Positions 18,397-28,153 of a stretch of 64,000 bases of DNA are shown piece after piece. The stretch lies in IMG/VR virus record IMGVR_UViG_3300044852_000047, positions 1-64,000 of that record, one strand, 5' to 3'. The position numbers were made by a program, and so were the translations under genes. The notes beneath the pieces are model-generated. The model had not been told where the DNA came from and searched no databases. It saw only the letters and a list, made by a program, of their open reading frames with translations. The first letter of the stretch is position 1. Each line of letters opens with the position of its first letter. Origin of the DNA: a virus (lineage: Duplodnaviria; Caudoviricetes).

Positions 18397-19501
18397 ATGT
18401 CACGATGCGTCCGAAGGGGCAGCGGAAATAGGCACGGGTACTGCCGTGGATCATCCACAGGACGGGTACGCCGGGGTTGAATTCAGGCTGGTCAAACTCA
18501 CCGTCGGTGAACACCACCAGCGCCGCGGGCTTGTGTTTCTGTGCCCAGGTCATCAAGGGTTCGATCCAGGTACCACCACGGCCAGTCAGCTTGACGTTCA
18601 TCAGGTCGTAGACGTTCTTCACCACGTCCACCGAGATGATCTCGGTGTCGAACTGCACCAGGGTCAGCTTGTCCGGCTTGAGCATGCGCAACACGCCGTA
18701 CAGCTCCGACACGTAACGCTTGGTGTCGGTGTCCTGCACTGAACAGGACATGTCGAAGGCAAACGCTATGTGCATCAGGTCGGTGCCGACCAGACTCGGC
18801 AGGTAGAACTGCGGGTAGTAACGGCGGTTGGGCCGGCGGTAGCTGTAGTCGTTCTTCGCAATCTGGGTGAAGAACTGCTTCAGGTGGTTGGCCATGGGCA
18901 GCTTGGGGGTGAGCAAGCCATCCAGGTACACCTGCACGTCACCGGGAATGGAACCCGGGCTATCACCGGCCGACTTGGCAGCCATGACCGCCTTGACCAG
19001 GATCTGATCCAGGTACTCCTTGTATTCCTCCGGGGGTTTGTCCGAAGGACGGATGTCACCGTGGTCAGCCTCGTTGGGTTTCTCCTCCGGGTCACTGATC
19101 AAGGCGTCGTACACCTGTTCGGTGGTCATGCCGCGGAACTTCTCATCGATCAGGCACGGTGGCCAGATCTCGTACTTGGCGTCCTTTAGGTCGAGGTTGA
19201 TTACGTAGTCACCTGCGTAGTTGTAGGTCAGGTGATCGCGTTCACCCTTGCGCTCGATGTGCTGGTGCACCACATGCTTGGTTTCATGCGCCAGCACGAA
19301 CACGCGCTGGCCGAGTGGCAAGCCAATGAAGAAATCCGGGTTGATGCCCATGTCGGTGCCGTTGACCCACGCAGTGGAGCAGCTGTGGTCGGCAAAGATG
19401 TTCAGGTGCAAGCAGACGGTGGTCATGAATACCGCATCATTGCGGTCCATGAAGGCGACCTTGGCCTTGATCAAGGCGAGGTCAAACGGGGTGTAGTCCA
19501 T
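18386..19501 (-). CDS. vWA-domain metallopeptidase-like protein (N4 gp25-like)
   Basis: LAHETKH (HExxH), DMSCSV MIDAS, GRGGT, VVFTDGE. Confidence 0.9.
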   Translation of the reverse strand: MDYTPFDLALIKAKVAFMDRNDAVFMTTVCLHLNIFADHSCSTAWVNGTDMGINPDFFIGLPLGQRVFVLAHETKHVVHQHIERKGERDHLTYNYAGDYVINLDLKDAKYEIWPPCLIDEKFRGMTTEQVYDALISDPEEKPNEADHGDIRPSDKPPEEYKEYLDQILVKAVMAAKSAGDSPGSIPGDVQVYLDGLLTPKLPMANHLKQFFTQIAKNDYSYRRPNRRYYPQFYLPSLVGTDLMHIAFAFDMSCSVQDTDTKRYVSELYGVLRMLKPDKLTLVQFDTEIISVDVVKNVYDLMNVKLTGRGGTWIEPLMTWAQKHKPAALVVFTDGEFDQPEFNPGVPVLWMIHGSTRAYFRCPFGRIVTFEV

Positions 19502-19512
19502 CAGGCAGGTCC

Positions 19513-19728
19513 TCAGACCAGCCCTGTGTGCGGGCGGATCTCCAAGAAGTGGTCGTTGCAGAGGGAAGCCCACTGCGGTGGGGTGGTTAAACTGGCCAGG
19601 GTGTCCTTGGCTTCAAGGACCGACTTGACCAGCACCAGGTGAGCTGTGTTCATAGGCTCCTCTGGCAGTCGGTAGAACAGGGCGTACTTGCGCCCACTGA
19701 GTAGATCCAGCACGTCATACAGCTCCAA
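19513..19728 (-). CDS. Small hypothetical protein
   Basis: Gap-filling ORF; start uncertain. Confidence 0.45.
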   Translation of the reverse strand: MELYDVLDLLSGRKYALFYRLPEEPMNTAHLVLVKSVLEAKDTLASLTTPPQWASLCNDHFLEIRPHTGLV

Positions 19729-20173
19729 TCAATCGTTTGACCCGATGCAATTTGCCCCAGGCCAGTTGGTTGTCCCACTCATCTCGAGCGGCGAAGACCT
19801 GCACCATCGCCATGCGCTGGATGCCGTCTTTCACCACCACCGGCAAGTGGCGGTCATGCACTTGGATCAGGTCTTCGTTTTCCATTACTACGCGGCTCTG
19901 GCTCATTTCACCGGTGTGATCGAAGCGTACCTGCCAGTGCCAGATCAATTTGCCGTTGGTTAACACCACCGAGTTAAAGGCGATACCCTGGTTGATCCTT
20001 TCCGTGCGAACCACGGAAAGGGGCTTGCCGCCTATTTTAATGTCCAGGCGCAGCAATACCCGACCTTCAATGCTGCGGTACAACTCCCGCATCACTGATT
20101 CTTCGGGGTACTCCATCGCCTTGATAGCCGGTAATTGCTCAATCAAAACCAAAAAGAATTCGGTAGTCGCCAT
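19715..20173 (-). CDS. Hypothetical protein
   Basis: 152 aa in minus-strand operon. Confidence 0.65.
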   Translation of the reverse strand: MATTEFFLVLIEQLPAIKAMEYPEESVMRELYRSIEGRVLLRLDIKIGGKPLSVVRTERINQGIAFNSVVLTNGKLIWHWQVRFDHTGEMSQSRVVMENEDLIQVHDRHLPVVVKDGIQRMAMVQVFAARDEWDNQLAWGKLHRVKRLIGAV

Positions 20174-20184
20174 GGTTCAGTCCC

Positions 20185-21237
20185 CTAGAAGAACAAATCG
20201 GCGTGGTCGATGGCCCATTGGTTGATCGCACCGTTGGACTTGAGGTCCGGCTTGCGACGGATCAAGGACTTCATGGTGATGATCTGGTGCTCGGCCGGCA
20301 TGCGGTCGATGTACTTGAGCAAGTTAAGGATGTTGTCCAGGTTGGCGTACTCGGCCAATGCCCCGGTCATTGCGTACAAGGTGCCTGGGTCTGCCGGTAC
20401 CCGGACGTCATCTGGCTTCTGGCTGATCTCGTACAGCGAGGGGAGGTTGTCGCGCAAGGCACAGAAGGCCCGGAACTCCACAGCCACCCCTTCACTGACG
20501 GTACCGGCCAACAGCGGCATTTTCTCCTTGCTGACGTTTTCCCATAGCTTGAGGAAACGGTTGGCGAACTCCCACGGACGCGGTGCGGCGTACACCCGCT
20601 CCGGGTTGGCCGGGTCGAAGGTGTAGAAGCAGGCCGGACGAAATTGCAGAAATGAGGTGAGTCGGGTATCGAAGCCTTGCTTCTCAGCCCAGTCTACCCA
20701 CACCGCCAAGTCCTCACGGACATGCAGGTGCACCAGGCGACTGATCATCGCCGTGGACATCGGGTTGGTGATCGCACCGTCGGTGTCGAGGTTACCGGCA
20801 CAGATGATGGCGACCTGTTTGTGCAGCTTGAACATGCCGACCTGGCGGTCCAGCACCACCTTGTAGGCGGCGGCTTGTACCGACAGCGGGGCACTGTTCA
20901 TCTCATCGAGGAACAACACCCAGCCGGCGTACTTCTTGCCGGTCTTTGAGTTGATCGGTAGTTCGGTGGACTCCAGCGGGAACAGATCCATCGGCACGTA
21001 ATGCGCGAGGTTCTTGCTGGAATCAACCATCGGGAAACCATTGAGGTCTACCGGATCGCACTGGCTCAGGCGCACGTCGATGATGCAGAGGTTGTAACGC
21101 TCGGCCAGCAGGTGCACCAGTGCAGACTTGCCGATCGCCGGAGAGCCGTGCAGGAACGGTACTACCTTGGCTTGAATGGCATCGACCACCAATGGCATGG
21201 CCTGGACAAAATTGACTTGCAGGTGTGGGGCAAACAT
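20185..21237 (-). CDS. MoxR-like AAA+ ATPase (N4 gp24-like)
   Basis: GSPAIGKS, LFLDEMNSA, AGN, SRLVHL, PRPWE. Confidence 0.9.
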   Translation of the reverse strand: MFAPHLQVNFVQAMPLVVDAIQAKVVPFLHGSPAIGKSALVHLLAERYNLCIIDVRLSQCDPVDLNGFPMVDSSKNLAHYVPMDLFPLESTELPINSKTGKKYAGWVLFLDEMNSAPLSVQAAAYKVVLDRQVGMFKLHKQVAIICAGNLDTDGAITNPMSTAMISRLVHLHVREDLAVWVDWAEKQGFDTRLTSFLQFRPACFYTFDPANPERVYAAPRPWEFANRFLKLWENVSKEKMPLLAGTVSEGVAVEFRAFCALRDNLPSLYEISQKPDDVRVPADPGTLYAMTGALAEYANLDNILNLLKYIDRMPAEHQIITMKSLIRRKPDLKSNGAINQWAIDHADLFF

Positions 21238-21248
21238 AGGGATTCGTC

Positions 21249-21722
21249 CTATTGCTCGATTAATTGGCGGGTGCGGTAAACCTTGCCGTAGGCGACTTGG
21301 TCGTCCCAAGGCAGCGGGGTAATCGCGGCGACGTGTTGTTGAACGATGCGCAGCAGGTCCTGCACCGTGCCGTTAGGGGCGTGGAAGACAGGGTCCAGTT
21401 TGCTGATAGGGATGACATCCAGCTCGGTGTCATAGACATCAAACTTGATGGCTTCGCCTGTAGGAGTGAACCGCAGGTATTGGGTACCTTCGCTGAACTC
21501 ATCCCCTGCACCCCAGCTACTGTTGTAGGCGATACCGCGCCGTTGCAGTTCTGGGAGGAGCACCAGATTCCCGTTGTTCACTTCCTCGAAACCCATGTTG
21601 TAGGTTTCGTCATCATTGGGGCCTTGGTCGTTCGGTAGGTCCTGGTGTTCTCTTAGCAGGGCCATGACTTCTTCCGCATGAGCCAGGGGTATATTCAGGT
21701 TGACGTAAGCACGGTCGCCCAT
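21249..21722 (-). CDS. Hypothetical protein
   Basis: 157 aa. Confidence 0.7.
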   Translation of the reverse strand: MGDRAYVNLNIPLAHAEEVMALLREHQDLPNDQGPNDDETYNMGFEEVNNGNLVLLPELQRRGIAYNSSWGAGDEFSEGTQYLRFTPTGEAIKFDVYDTELDVIPISKLDPVFHAPNGTVQDLLRIVQQHVAAITPLPWDDQVAYGKVYRTRQLIEQ

Positions 21723-21725
21723 GAG

Positions 21726-21902
21726 TTACCCCTCACCATTCATGATGGCTTGGATGTCGCCCTGGATGTCGTCAGACCATTCATGGTTGAGCAACTGCGC
21801 CAGTGCTTCACGCTTATCGGTATCAGGCAGGGCCATGAAGCGATCGACCATTGCCTGCCCGGACTCGTTGAGCAGTTCGTAATACGGCTGAATCTGCGAC
21901 AT
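21726..21902 (-). CDS. Small hypothetical protein (58 aa, not in track)
   Basis: AAGGAA RBS; MSQIQPYYELL...NGEG*. Confidence 0.6.
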   Translation of the reverse strand: MSQIQPYYELLNESGQAMVDRFMALPDTDKREALAQLLNHEWSDDIQGDIQAIMNGEG

Positions 21903-21912
21903 GGCAGGTTCC

Positions 21913-22722
21913 TTACGCGAGGGAGAGAGTTTTCTGGAACGTGGTCTGCTTGGCCTTGGCCTTGGTCAGACTGCCGTTGATGAAATACTGGTGGAGCAGG
22001 GTGCTGATCAGGCGCACGCCGAGGGTGTTTTTCTCGTAGTTCTCACGAACCACGGTCATGACTTCCTCGACCACAGTGGCCTTTTTGACTTCAGGGAACA
22101 GGGTCAGGTAGTCGTTCAGCAGCGGGCTGCTTTCGAGGATGGTTTGCATCTGCTCCAGGGTGACCTTCTCCATGGCGAAGGTCAGGCCGACACGCCCGAG
22201 GAACTCGGTCTTGATGCCCATCTCGCGCAGACGATCCATGTCGATGTCTTCCTCACCATTGAACGCACCGGCGAAGATGAACAGGGCACGACCGACGGGC
22301 ACGTTGACGTACTTGCCGAAGTCCGCCGCTACAGAGGCCAGCTTCGATTCAAGCACCTTGAGAAATTCGTTTTGCACACCGTTGGTGGTCTCGTGCGCCA
22401 GGTCACCGTTGGTGTTGCCGCTGATGAACAGCTTGTCGAATTCGTCGACAAACACGATGCACGGACGGTCACCGACCTGCATCAGAGGGGATAGGGCCTT
22501 GGACAACGAGTTGCCGGCGGTGCCTTCTTTGGTCAGCTGCGCGGCGTTGATCTCCACCACGGTGATGTCCTTCAGCTCGCTGAGCAAACCAATGGTGTGG
22601 GACTTACCCGAACCGGACGGGCCGGTCAGGATGAAGTGCGGGCGGATGTTGCCTTCACTGGCTTGGTGGATGTCCAGCACACGGGTGATCTGTTCCAGCG
22701 GGGACTTCTCGGTCATGGTCAT
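21913..22722 (-). CDS. ClpX/HslU-like AAA+ ATPase module
   Basis: TGPSGSGKS, VFVDEFDKL, GVQNEFLKVLE, FIFAGAF, EFLGRV. Confidence 0.8.
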   Translation of the reverse strand: MTMTEKSPLEQITRVLDIHQASEGNIRPHFILTGPSGSGKSHTIGLLSELKDITVVEINAAQLTKEGTAGNSLSKALSPLMQVGDRPCIVFVDEFDKLFISGNTNGDLAHETTNGVQNEFLKVLESKLASVAADFGKYVNVPVGRALFIFAGAFNGEEDIDMDRLREMGIKTEFLGRVGLTFAMEKVTLEQMQTILESSPLLNDYLTLFPEVKKATVVEEVMTVVRENYEKNTLGVRLISTLLHQYFINGSLTKAKAKQTTFQKTLSLA

Positions 22723-22725
22723 TCC

Positions 22726-22923
22726 TTAACAGTCATTGAGTGGTGCAGAACCAAGCTGGCACAGCAGCGTGTTCTGGTAAGTGAACAGAATGTTCAACAG
22801 TTGATTGCGGTCAGTGATGGGTAAGCAGCTTTCTGCATACGCAATCACGTCAGTCAGTGATTCCATGGTCGGGTAGACCGACTGAATCACCAGAGGAATA
22901 GGCAGGGGTTTAACAACAGACAT
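22726..22923 (-). CDS. Small conserved N4-like hypothetical protein
   Basis: ES.LPI...N.L...L.TY.NTLL motif. Confidence 0.65.
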   Translation of the reverse strand: MSVVKPLPIPLVIQSVYPTMESLTDVIAYAESCLPITDRNQLLNILFTYQNTLLCQLGSAPLNDC

Positions 22924-22982
22924 AACAAGGGGTCCTGAGTCGTACAGAACACCGCTTGAGCGCTGTCCTATGACGGATTGAA

Positions 22983-22997
22983 CTGCCCGGAGGGCAG
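22983..22997 (+). promoter_or_regulatory. GGA-triloop hairpin in an intergenic gap
   Basis: CTGCCC-GGA-GGGCAG. Confidence 0.45.
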
Positions 22998-23046
22998 AGG
23001 GAAGGGGTGAAGCAGGTGCTGAACGTGCACTAGCAGACTCCAGGGA

Positions 23047-23229
23047 TTACAAGGCAGCAGTAGACTGCACGTACGGTGTGCCATTCACGGCGACCAGTAA
23101 CACGGTGATCATGTGCTGCTTGCTCTTGGGCGGCTTGAAGTACTCAATAGCGGCCAGTTGCGCCCGGTAACTCGACAGGGCCTCCAGCTCCACCTTCTTC
23201 TGGTTGTAGAACGCATGGTAGGTATTCAC
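23047..23229 (-). CDS. Small hypothetical protein
   Basis: 60 aa, GGAG RBS. Confidence 0.65.
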   Translation of the reverse strand: MNTYHAFYNQKKVELEALSSYRAQLAAIEYFKPPKSKQHMITVLLVAVNGTPYVQSTAAL

Positions 23230-23531
23230 GTAGGTACACTCCTTGGGTAATCAGGTGGGTCGAAGTACACAGGTTGGGTGTAGTTGAGGTATTGCTTGCC
23301 TTTGATACGGATGGTCGTGATCGATCCCCGCTTCAATCCAAACAGTTCACCGGGCCTGGCAAAGCCGGCCACTTTCACCGGCTGGGCCGGGCGCTTGCTG
23401 TATTCACGCAGCTTGTCGAGCAGGCGTTGCAGTTCGGTGGTGCGGATCTGTGTGCTGCCCACACCCAATTGCTGGCACTGCGCAAGTTCTGCACGCAGGT
23501 AGTCCAGGTCTCGTTCAAAGTCACTGCTCAT
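23226..23531 (-). CDS. Hypothetical protein
   Basis: 101 aa, coupled to neighbours. Confidence 0.65.
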   Translation of the reverse strand: MSSDFERDLDYLRAELAQCQQLGVGSTQIRTTELQRLLDKLREYSKRPAQPVKVAGFARPGELFGLKRGSITTIRIKGKQYLNYTQPVYFDPPDYPRSVPT

Positions 23532-23758
23532 CGTTTAATCACCTGACCCATGCGGTAGCCTTTCCAGGCACGCGCTTGGTATTTCTTCAGCTTGGCAATT
23601 CGCGTTTGGATCACTGAGCGACGTTTGGCGTTCGGGATCACCTTGTTGAATGAGGTAAACAGCCCAGTGGTTTGCTTGCGCATCGCCTTGGTATGCCGGG
23701 TCTTTTTGAGCACCGAGTAGTACTCAATGAGGATCAGGTCTTTGTACTCAGTCTTCAT
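23528..23758 (-). CDS. Small basic protein
   Basis: AGGAG RBS before MKTEYK. Confidence 0.6.
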   Translation of the reverse strand: MKTEYKDLILIEYYSVLKKTRHTKAMRKQTTGLFTSFNKVIPNAKRRSVIQTRIAKLKKYQARAWKGYRMGQVIKR

Positions 23759-23990
23759 CAGGAACTCCTTTGTTGGCTGGCAGTTCGTCATCACCGCGCA
23801 GCTTGATGTAACGAGCGTTGTTGGTGATCTCCAGCCAGCCACCGCAGCGGCACTGGAACTGTTCGCCGCGGACGTCGTCACCGTCCTCACCTTCCACGCC
23901 AATCACGGCCTGGCAGTGCGGGCAGCGGCAGATCAGGCCGCCGTCGGTATCCCGGGCAAAGTGCACCACGTCATAAATGAAGTCGCTCAT
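23748..23990 (-). CDS. Small zinc-finger protein
   Basis: CPHC and C.CG motifs; GGAGG RBS. Confidence 0.65.
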   Translation of the reverse strand: MSDFIYDVVHFARDTDGGLICRCPHCQAVIGVEGEDGDDVRGEQFQCRCGGWLEITNNARYIKLRGDDELPANKGVPDED

Positions 23991-24370
23991 GGCCTGCCGC
24001 CTCCCAGGTCATCCTCATGGATGCCATACAGGGTGGCGATGGGGGTTTTCATCAGCTTCCGTAACTCGGCCAGTGTGCTTTCCAGATCCGCGATGCGCGC
24101 ATCTTTGCCACTCAGTTCTGGGTCTTTGTGGATCGCCACGGCCGCGTTGTACGTGGCATCGCTGACGTAACTCAGTTCACCGAAGCCATCGAGGCTGTAG
24201 CCGATCAGCTGGGCAAACTGCTCACGGTCTTCCTGGGAAAACTCCAACACGGCCAGCTTGTTCATGTCGATGCCGCCGTTGTCCAGTAGGTACCGGACAA
24301 TGGCGTTTTCCTTAAAGCGCAGCCGTTGATGCTGGTCGAGTTCAAGCGGCTGGATTGGGTGTTTGTTCAT
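23987..24370 (-). CDS. Hypothetical protein
   Basis: HPIQP...RFKENAIVRYLLD...QFAQLIGYS motif. Confidence 0.75.
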   Translation of the reverse strand: MNKHPIQPLELDQHQRLRFKENAIVRYLLDNGGIDMNKLAVLEFSQEDREQFAQLIGYSLDGFGELSYVSDATYNAAVAIHKDPELSGKDARIADLESTLAELRKLMKTPIATLYGIHEDDLGGGRP

Positions 24371-24663
24371 GGTTTCACCTGTTCGCGGTACAGCGCGGCG
24401 TCACGTTTTAGGGCTTCCAGTTCGGGCCAGTCGATCTTCTGGAAACCAATGTCCTTTAGCATTTCAACCGGGTCACAGTGGGTGGCGGTGCGTGGCACGG
24501 TGCCGATCAGCAAGGTGACGAACTGCTCACCGGTACGGGGTTTGAAGTTGGTGGCAAGCTTGACGCTGCCATCCCAGGAGAACTCGACTTTGTTGAAGCG
24601 ACCTTGGAAGGTCACGTCGCCAATCAATAGGGGTCCGGCCATGTTTTGCATTCCTGTAGGCAT
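24367..24663 (-). CDS. Hypothetical protein
   Basis: 98 aa, coupled. Confidence 0.6.
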   Translation of the reverse strand: MPTGMQNMAGPLLIGDVTFQGRFNKVEFSWDGSVKLATNFKPRTGEQFVTLLIGTVPRTATHCDPVEMLKDIGFQKIDWPELEALKRDAALYREQVKP

Positions 24664-24815
24664 AGCTCCGCCGTGCTGTAGAAGCAGCAGTCGATGGGTA
24701 TAGGGGAGCGGAGGGGTTTACAGTGGTGGGTGAATAAGTTGCAGCTCTATCTTGGCCAGTGCTTCACGCGAGGCGCTGTACACCAGCCATCACACACTGT
24801 GCACGGAAGGGTAGA

Positions 24816-25076
24816 TCAGGGCTGGCTGCCACCGTAGATACGCTTGATGTCGTTGCACAGTGGGCAAGGTTGCCCTTCAGCAGGTGGCACAACGTCTTTG
24901 ACAAAGCATGTATCCGGGTGGCTGCATCCATTACACCCGCAGCTTTTGTAGCCGGCAGGCGGCACAGGCTTGAATGCGTCGATGATTGCTCGAGCTTCAG
25001 GCGTCTTTGGCGGCAATATACTTTGGGGGTTGGGTTGACTGATGCGGTTGCGGCCAGTCGGTGTTTTGTCACTCAT
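24816..25076 (-). CDS. Cys-rich small protein
   Basis: CGCNGC..PDTC and CPLC motifs. Confidence 0.55.
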   Translation of the reverse strand: MSDKTPTGRNRISQPNPQSILPPKTPEARAIIDAFKPVPPAGYKSCGCNGCSHPDTCFVKDVVPPAEGQPCPLCNDIKRIYGGSQP

Positions 25077-25091
25077 GATTTGCTCCAGGGC

Positions 25092-25316
25092 TTACAGCAC
25101 ACGGCTCTGGAGTTCGTCCAGGCGCGTGCTGCTGATGGTTTGGGTTTCACACGCAAAGCGTGTGGTCCGGCGATTCTTAGCAGTCAGATTACCCGTCAGC
25201 CGGGTGGCCACCTGTTCACACAACACCACCTGGTCCGGCGCCGTCCAGATTCGTTGGGCGTACACCTGACAGTTCAAGGGTGTGGTGCAGATGTACAGCA
25301 GCAGGGCAGTGATCAT
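25092..25316 (-). CDS. Small secreted Cys-containing protein
   Basis: Hydrophobic N-terminus, four Cys. Confidence 0.55.
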   Translation of the reverse strand: MITALLLYICTTPLNCQVYAQRIWTAPDQVVLCEQVATRLTGNLTAKNRRTTRFACETQTISSTRLDELQSRVL

Positions 25317-25621
25317 GAGTGGAACTCCGACTCGCCACCGACCTTGCGCTGGATCGCACCGACCAGCAGCTTGCTGCCACTGTAGTAACTGACCACGATC
25401 AGGTGCTCGAGCCAGCCCCCTGCGTCGTACACGACACCCTCTGCCGTAGTCTTGGGCAAGGTGCGGGCATTAAGCGCGATGGACACGTTTACGGCGTTGT
25501 CGCTGTTCCCTAAAAACAGGGCACGGTTGACGGTGTTGATGAAGTGAGTCTGCTCATCTTCAGTGACCCGATAAGGGCTTCCATCAAGGGTAGCGGGTGG
25601 AATGATAGTGAGGTCTGTCAT
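25313..25621 (-). CDS. Hypothetical protein
   Basis: GWLEH.I.V.Y....L.VGAIQR..G...EFHS motif. Confidence 0.7.
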   Translation of the reverse strand: MTDLTIIPPATLDGSPYRVTEDEQTHFINTVNRALFLGNSDNAVNVSIALNARTLPKTTAEGVVYDAGGWLEHLIVVSYYSGSKLLVGAIQRKVGGESEFHS

Positions 25622-25886
25622 GACTGTCTCGAGTCCTTTACGGGGTGGTTTGACTGCCTTTTTTTGACCCCTCGCCGACCCATGTAAAACAGGCGTTAGT
25701 CTATAGGCAGGGTATGGTCAAAAACCTTGGTTTTGAAAAGTCAGGGTATCGCCAAGCCAGAAATAGAAGTCCTAGGAGAACTTCTCCCGACTTCTCCTAG
25801 ACTGTCTTTCTCGACGCATCGCCGGCTCATCTGTACTCAGAAAAAACAAGGTCCACGCCCGTTAGGCGCAGACCTCAACTCACTCC

Positions 25887-25903
25887 GGTGCCCGGAGGGC
25901 ACC
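25887..25903 (+). promoter_or_regulatory. GGA-triloop hairpin just downstream of RNAP2
   Basis: GGTGCCC-GGA-GGGCACC. Confidence 0.45.
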
Positions 25904-25918
25904 CTCATCTCACACCAC

Positions 25919-27160
25919 TCAACTCAGTGCGTATTCCGACTGGCGGATCAGATCCCCCAAGCCTTCCAGCTTGTTTTCGTAGTAACACTCGTGCCCGGTC
26001 AGTTGCAGGAAGATGTCTTCCAGTACCCGCGACTCAGCCAGTTCGGCGAACAGGTCGATGTAGGTTTGACGCATGTAGTTGCAGTTCTTCGGGTGACATT
26101 TGAACTCGTCGTGTACCGTGACCAGTTCAAACGGTTGATACTCGCTCATGCGCAAGTACAAGTTCCACAGTGCGGTCATATGCCGGTTGGACAGGTCCTT
26201 GATAGTGTCCTTGTTCAAGTAATCAAAGATCACCGAGTCCACCATTTGAGTGGCTTCATAGCGTTCCATGTACACATGGTGAGGTAGGGTGACAGCCTCT
26301 ACTTCATTGGCTTGTCCGCCCAAGTTACGCCGCTGTCTTTCAGTTATCGTAAGACGGCCGAAGTTGTTGAGGGCTTCCGCGTCATAGTTACAACGACGGT
26401 GCATGCTGCGCAGGATATAAGCGTCGATCGAGTGAATAACGTTGGCGGCATTCTTCACATCTTTCTTCACGCCACAGTTGATGTAGTACTCATAACTAAA
26501 GGTGGCATGATCCAACTCGTCAACTTCAATACGGCACTCAACTTTCTCCATAACTTTGACACGGGCGTGGCCGTTATCCGGCAACTTCCAGCCATGGGTC
26601 AGTGCGTAAGGCTGCCAACTTCCGAGCAAGTCTTGCAGAACTTCGTTGGCGCCTGGGCACACTACCCAGTTGGCTTCGTAGAACGCCGCCAGTTCATCTG
26701 AGTCCGGCCCGAAGAGTTCCTTTGGAATCTTCTTGGAGCCGTACAAGTGAGTCATTTGCGCCTCTTTAATATCAGCGCGAGTTACATGAATGGCTTCGCC
26801 AAGTTCAATAGCGGCGGCCTTCGTTACTTCGGTGTACGCGTCCCGACGTTCTCCGGTGTTAATCAAGTTGGTGGCTTTACAGCCTTCGACGCAACCACTC
26901 AATACCGACATGATCTGCATACCACTACAGCACGCATCGAGCCCGACTAAGTGTCCAGTAGGTTCGCTATACTGAGTCTTGCGAAGTGTCTGTACTGCTT
27001 TCAAATACAAAGGGCGTTCTTTCTTTGGAGTGTCCAGATACTCCAGCCTATTGATGTTATCCAGCACCCAAGTAATGCGGTCTGGAAATAGTGCCTTGTC
27101 CAAGCCGTATTGGTTGGCAATATCAATGCACAGGTACTCGAATGCTGAATAAGTTTGCAT
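25919..27160 (-). CDS. RNA polymerase II subunit 2 (N4 gp16-like)
   Basis: LDACCSGMQI (motif A), K...MTHLYGS (motif B), ANVIHSIDA, VHDEF (motif C). Confidence 0.92.
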   Translation of the reverse strand: MQTYSAFEYLCIDIANQYGLDKALFPDRITWVLDNINRLEYLDTPKKERPLYLKAVQTLRKTQYSEPTGHLVGLDACCSGMQIMSVLSGCVEGCKATNLINTGERRDAYTEVTKAAAIELGEAIHVTRADIKEAQMTHLYGSKKIPKELFGPDSDELAAFYEANWVVCPGANEVLQDLLGSWQPYALTHGWKLPDNGHARVKVMEKVECRIEVDELDHATFSYEYYINCGVKKDVKNAANVIHSIDAYILRSMHRRCNYDAEALNNFGRLTITERQRRNLGGQANEVEAVTLPHHVYMERYEATQMVDSVIFDYLNKDTIKDLSNRHMTALWNLYLRMSEYQPFELVTVHDEFKCHPKNCNYMRQTYIDLFAELAESRVLEDIFLQLTGHECYYENKLEGLGDLIRQSEYALS

Positions 27161-27163
27161 GGT

Positions 27164-28153
27164 TTAAAGCCTCAAGTGATCGGGCAAGCCCGTAACCAGT
27201 TCTTGTTTATACAACTCTACGGCCGCTTTCTTAAATGGGCTGCCCTGGGTGCTGATGTGATAACCTTGACAGTACAAGCGCAAGCGTTTGTCATACTTGT
27301 GGGATAAGTAGAACTTGTTACCTTGTGCCGTCATGAGTCGGTAGTGTTCATAACTTTGACGCTTCATGTTGTCCCAGTCGCGGAGTTGTTCAACCGAAGT
27401 AAACTCTTTACTCGGTTCTTCTTCCACGGTGCACAGGAACTGCGTATCCAAGCGCAGTTCCACACTGTTGCAGATGTTCAATACGTCGAGGCATACGTCC
27501 TCTTCGTGGTGATTGGCTTTACCCAGGATCACACTGTCCGCGGTGATCGTTAGATAAGGCGTCTGCCGGTTCTTGGTTAGCTTCATGGGCTTGTAGACCA
27601 ACGGCGGCAAGTAACTACAGTTAATGACGTAGTTGTGCAGTTGGTCGCTCAGTTCAATATTGGACTGGATTTGCAAACTGGCCATCTTGTGTGGCTTCAC
27701 AATATCGAATACATCGGTATGCGTGAGCACAGCTACCATCTCGGCCAGCGTGGTAATGCTGTCCTGTTTGTCATCGAACTTAAGGATGCCCGCCAACTTG
27801 GCGGTGAAACTGGTGAATAGTTCCGGGCTTTGGCAATATGCCGAGGCCACGAAGATTTCAAACACCAGTGCATTCAAGTCCATGTGCCGAACTTGGTCGA
27901 TGCGCTTGTTCTTGGAGTCGTAATACGTTTGATCGAAGTACTCGTGCAACATCTCCACGCCTTGTAACAGGCGTGGTTGAATGTCTTCATCATCACGTAA
28001 GAAGTTGCGGACATACCCGTCAATGTGATCCCGCGCAAAGCGATACTCGTTCGCCAGTTGCATGTCGCGGGGCAGCATGTGCGGTTGATTCTCGGGGGTA
28101 ATCTGACGCAAACTCATATCGTTCTCCTGTTGTAATAACTTAGGCTGGAACAA
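27164..28153 (-). CDS. RNA polymerase II subunit 1 (N4 gp15-like)
   Basis: Y.PP...P, HKYDKR.RLYCQGYHISTQG..FKKA. Confidence 0.9.
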   Translation of the reverse strand: MFQPKLLQQENDMSLRQITPENQPHMLPRDMQLANEYRFARDHIDGYVRNFLRDDEDIQPRLLQGVEMLHEYFDQTYYDSKNKRIDQVRHMDLNALVFEIFVASAYCQSPELFTSFTAKLAGILKFDDKQDSITTLAEMVAVLTHTDVFDIVKPHKMASLQIQSNIELSDQLHNYVINCSYLPPLVYKPMKLTKNRQTPYLTITADSVILGKANHHEEDVCLDVLNICNSVELRLDTQFLCTVEEEPSKEFTSVEQLRDWDNMKRQSYEHYRLMTAQGNKFYLSHKYDKRLRLYCQGYHISTQGSPFKKAAVELYKQELVTGLPDHLRL

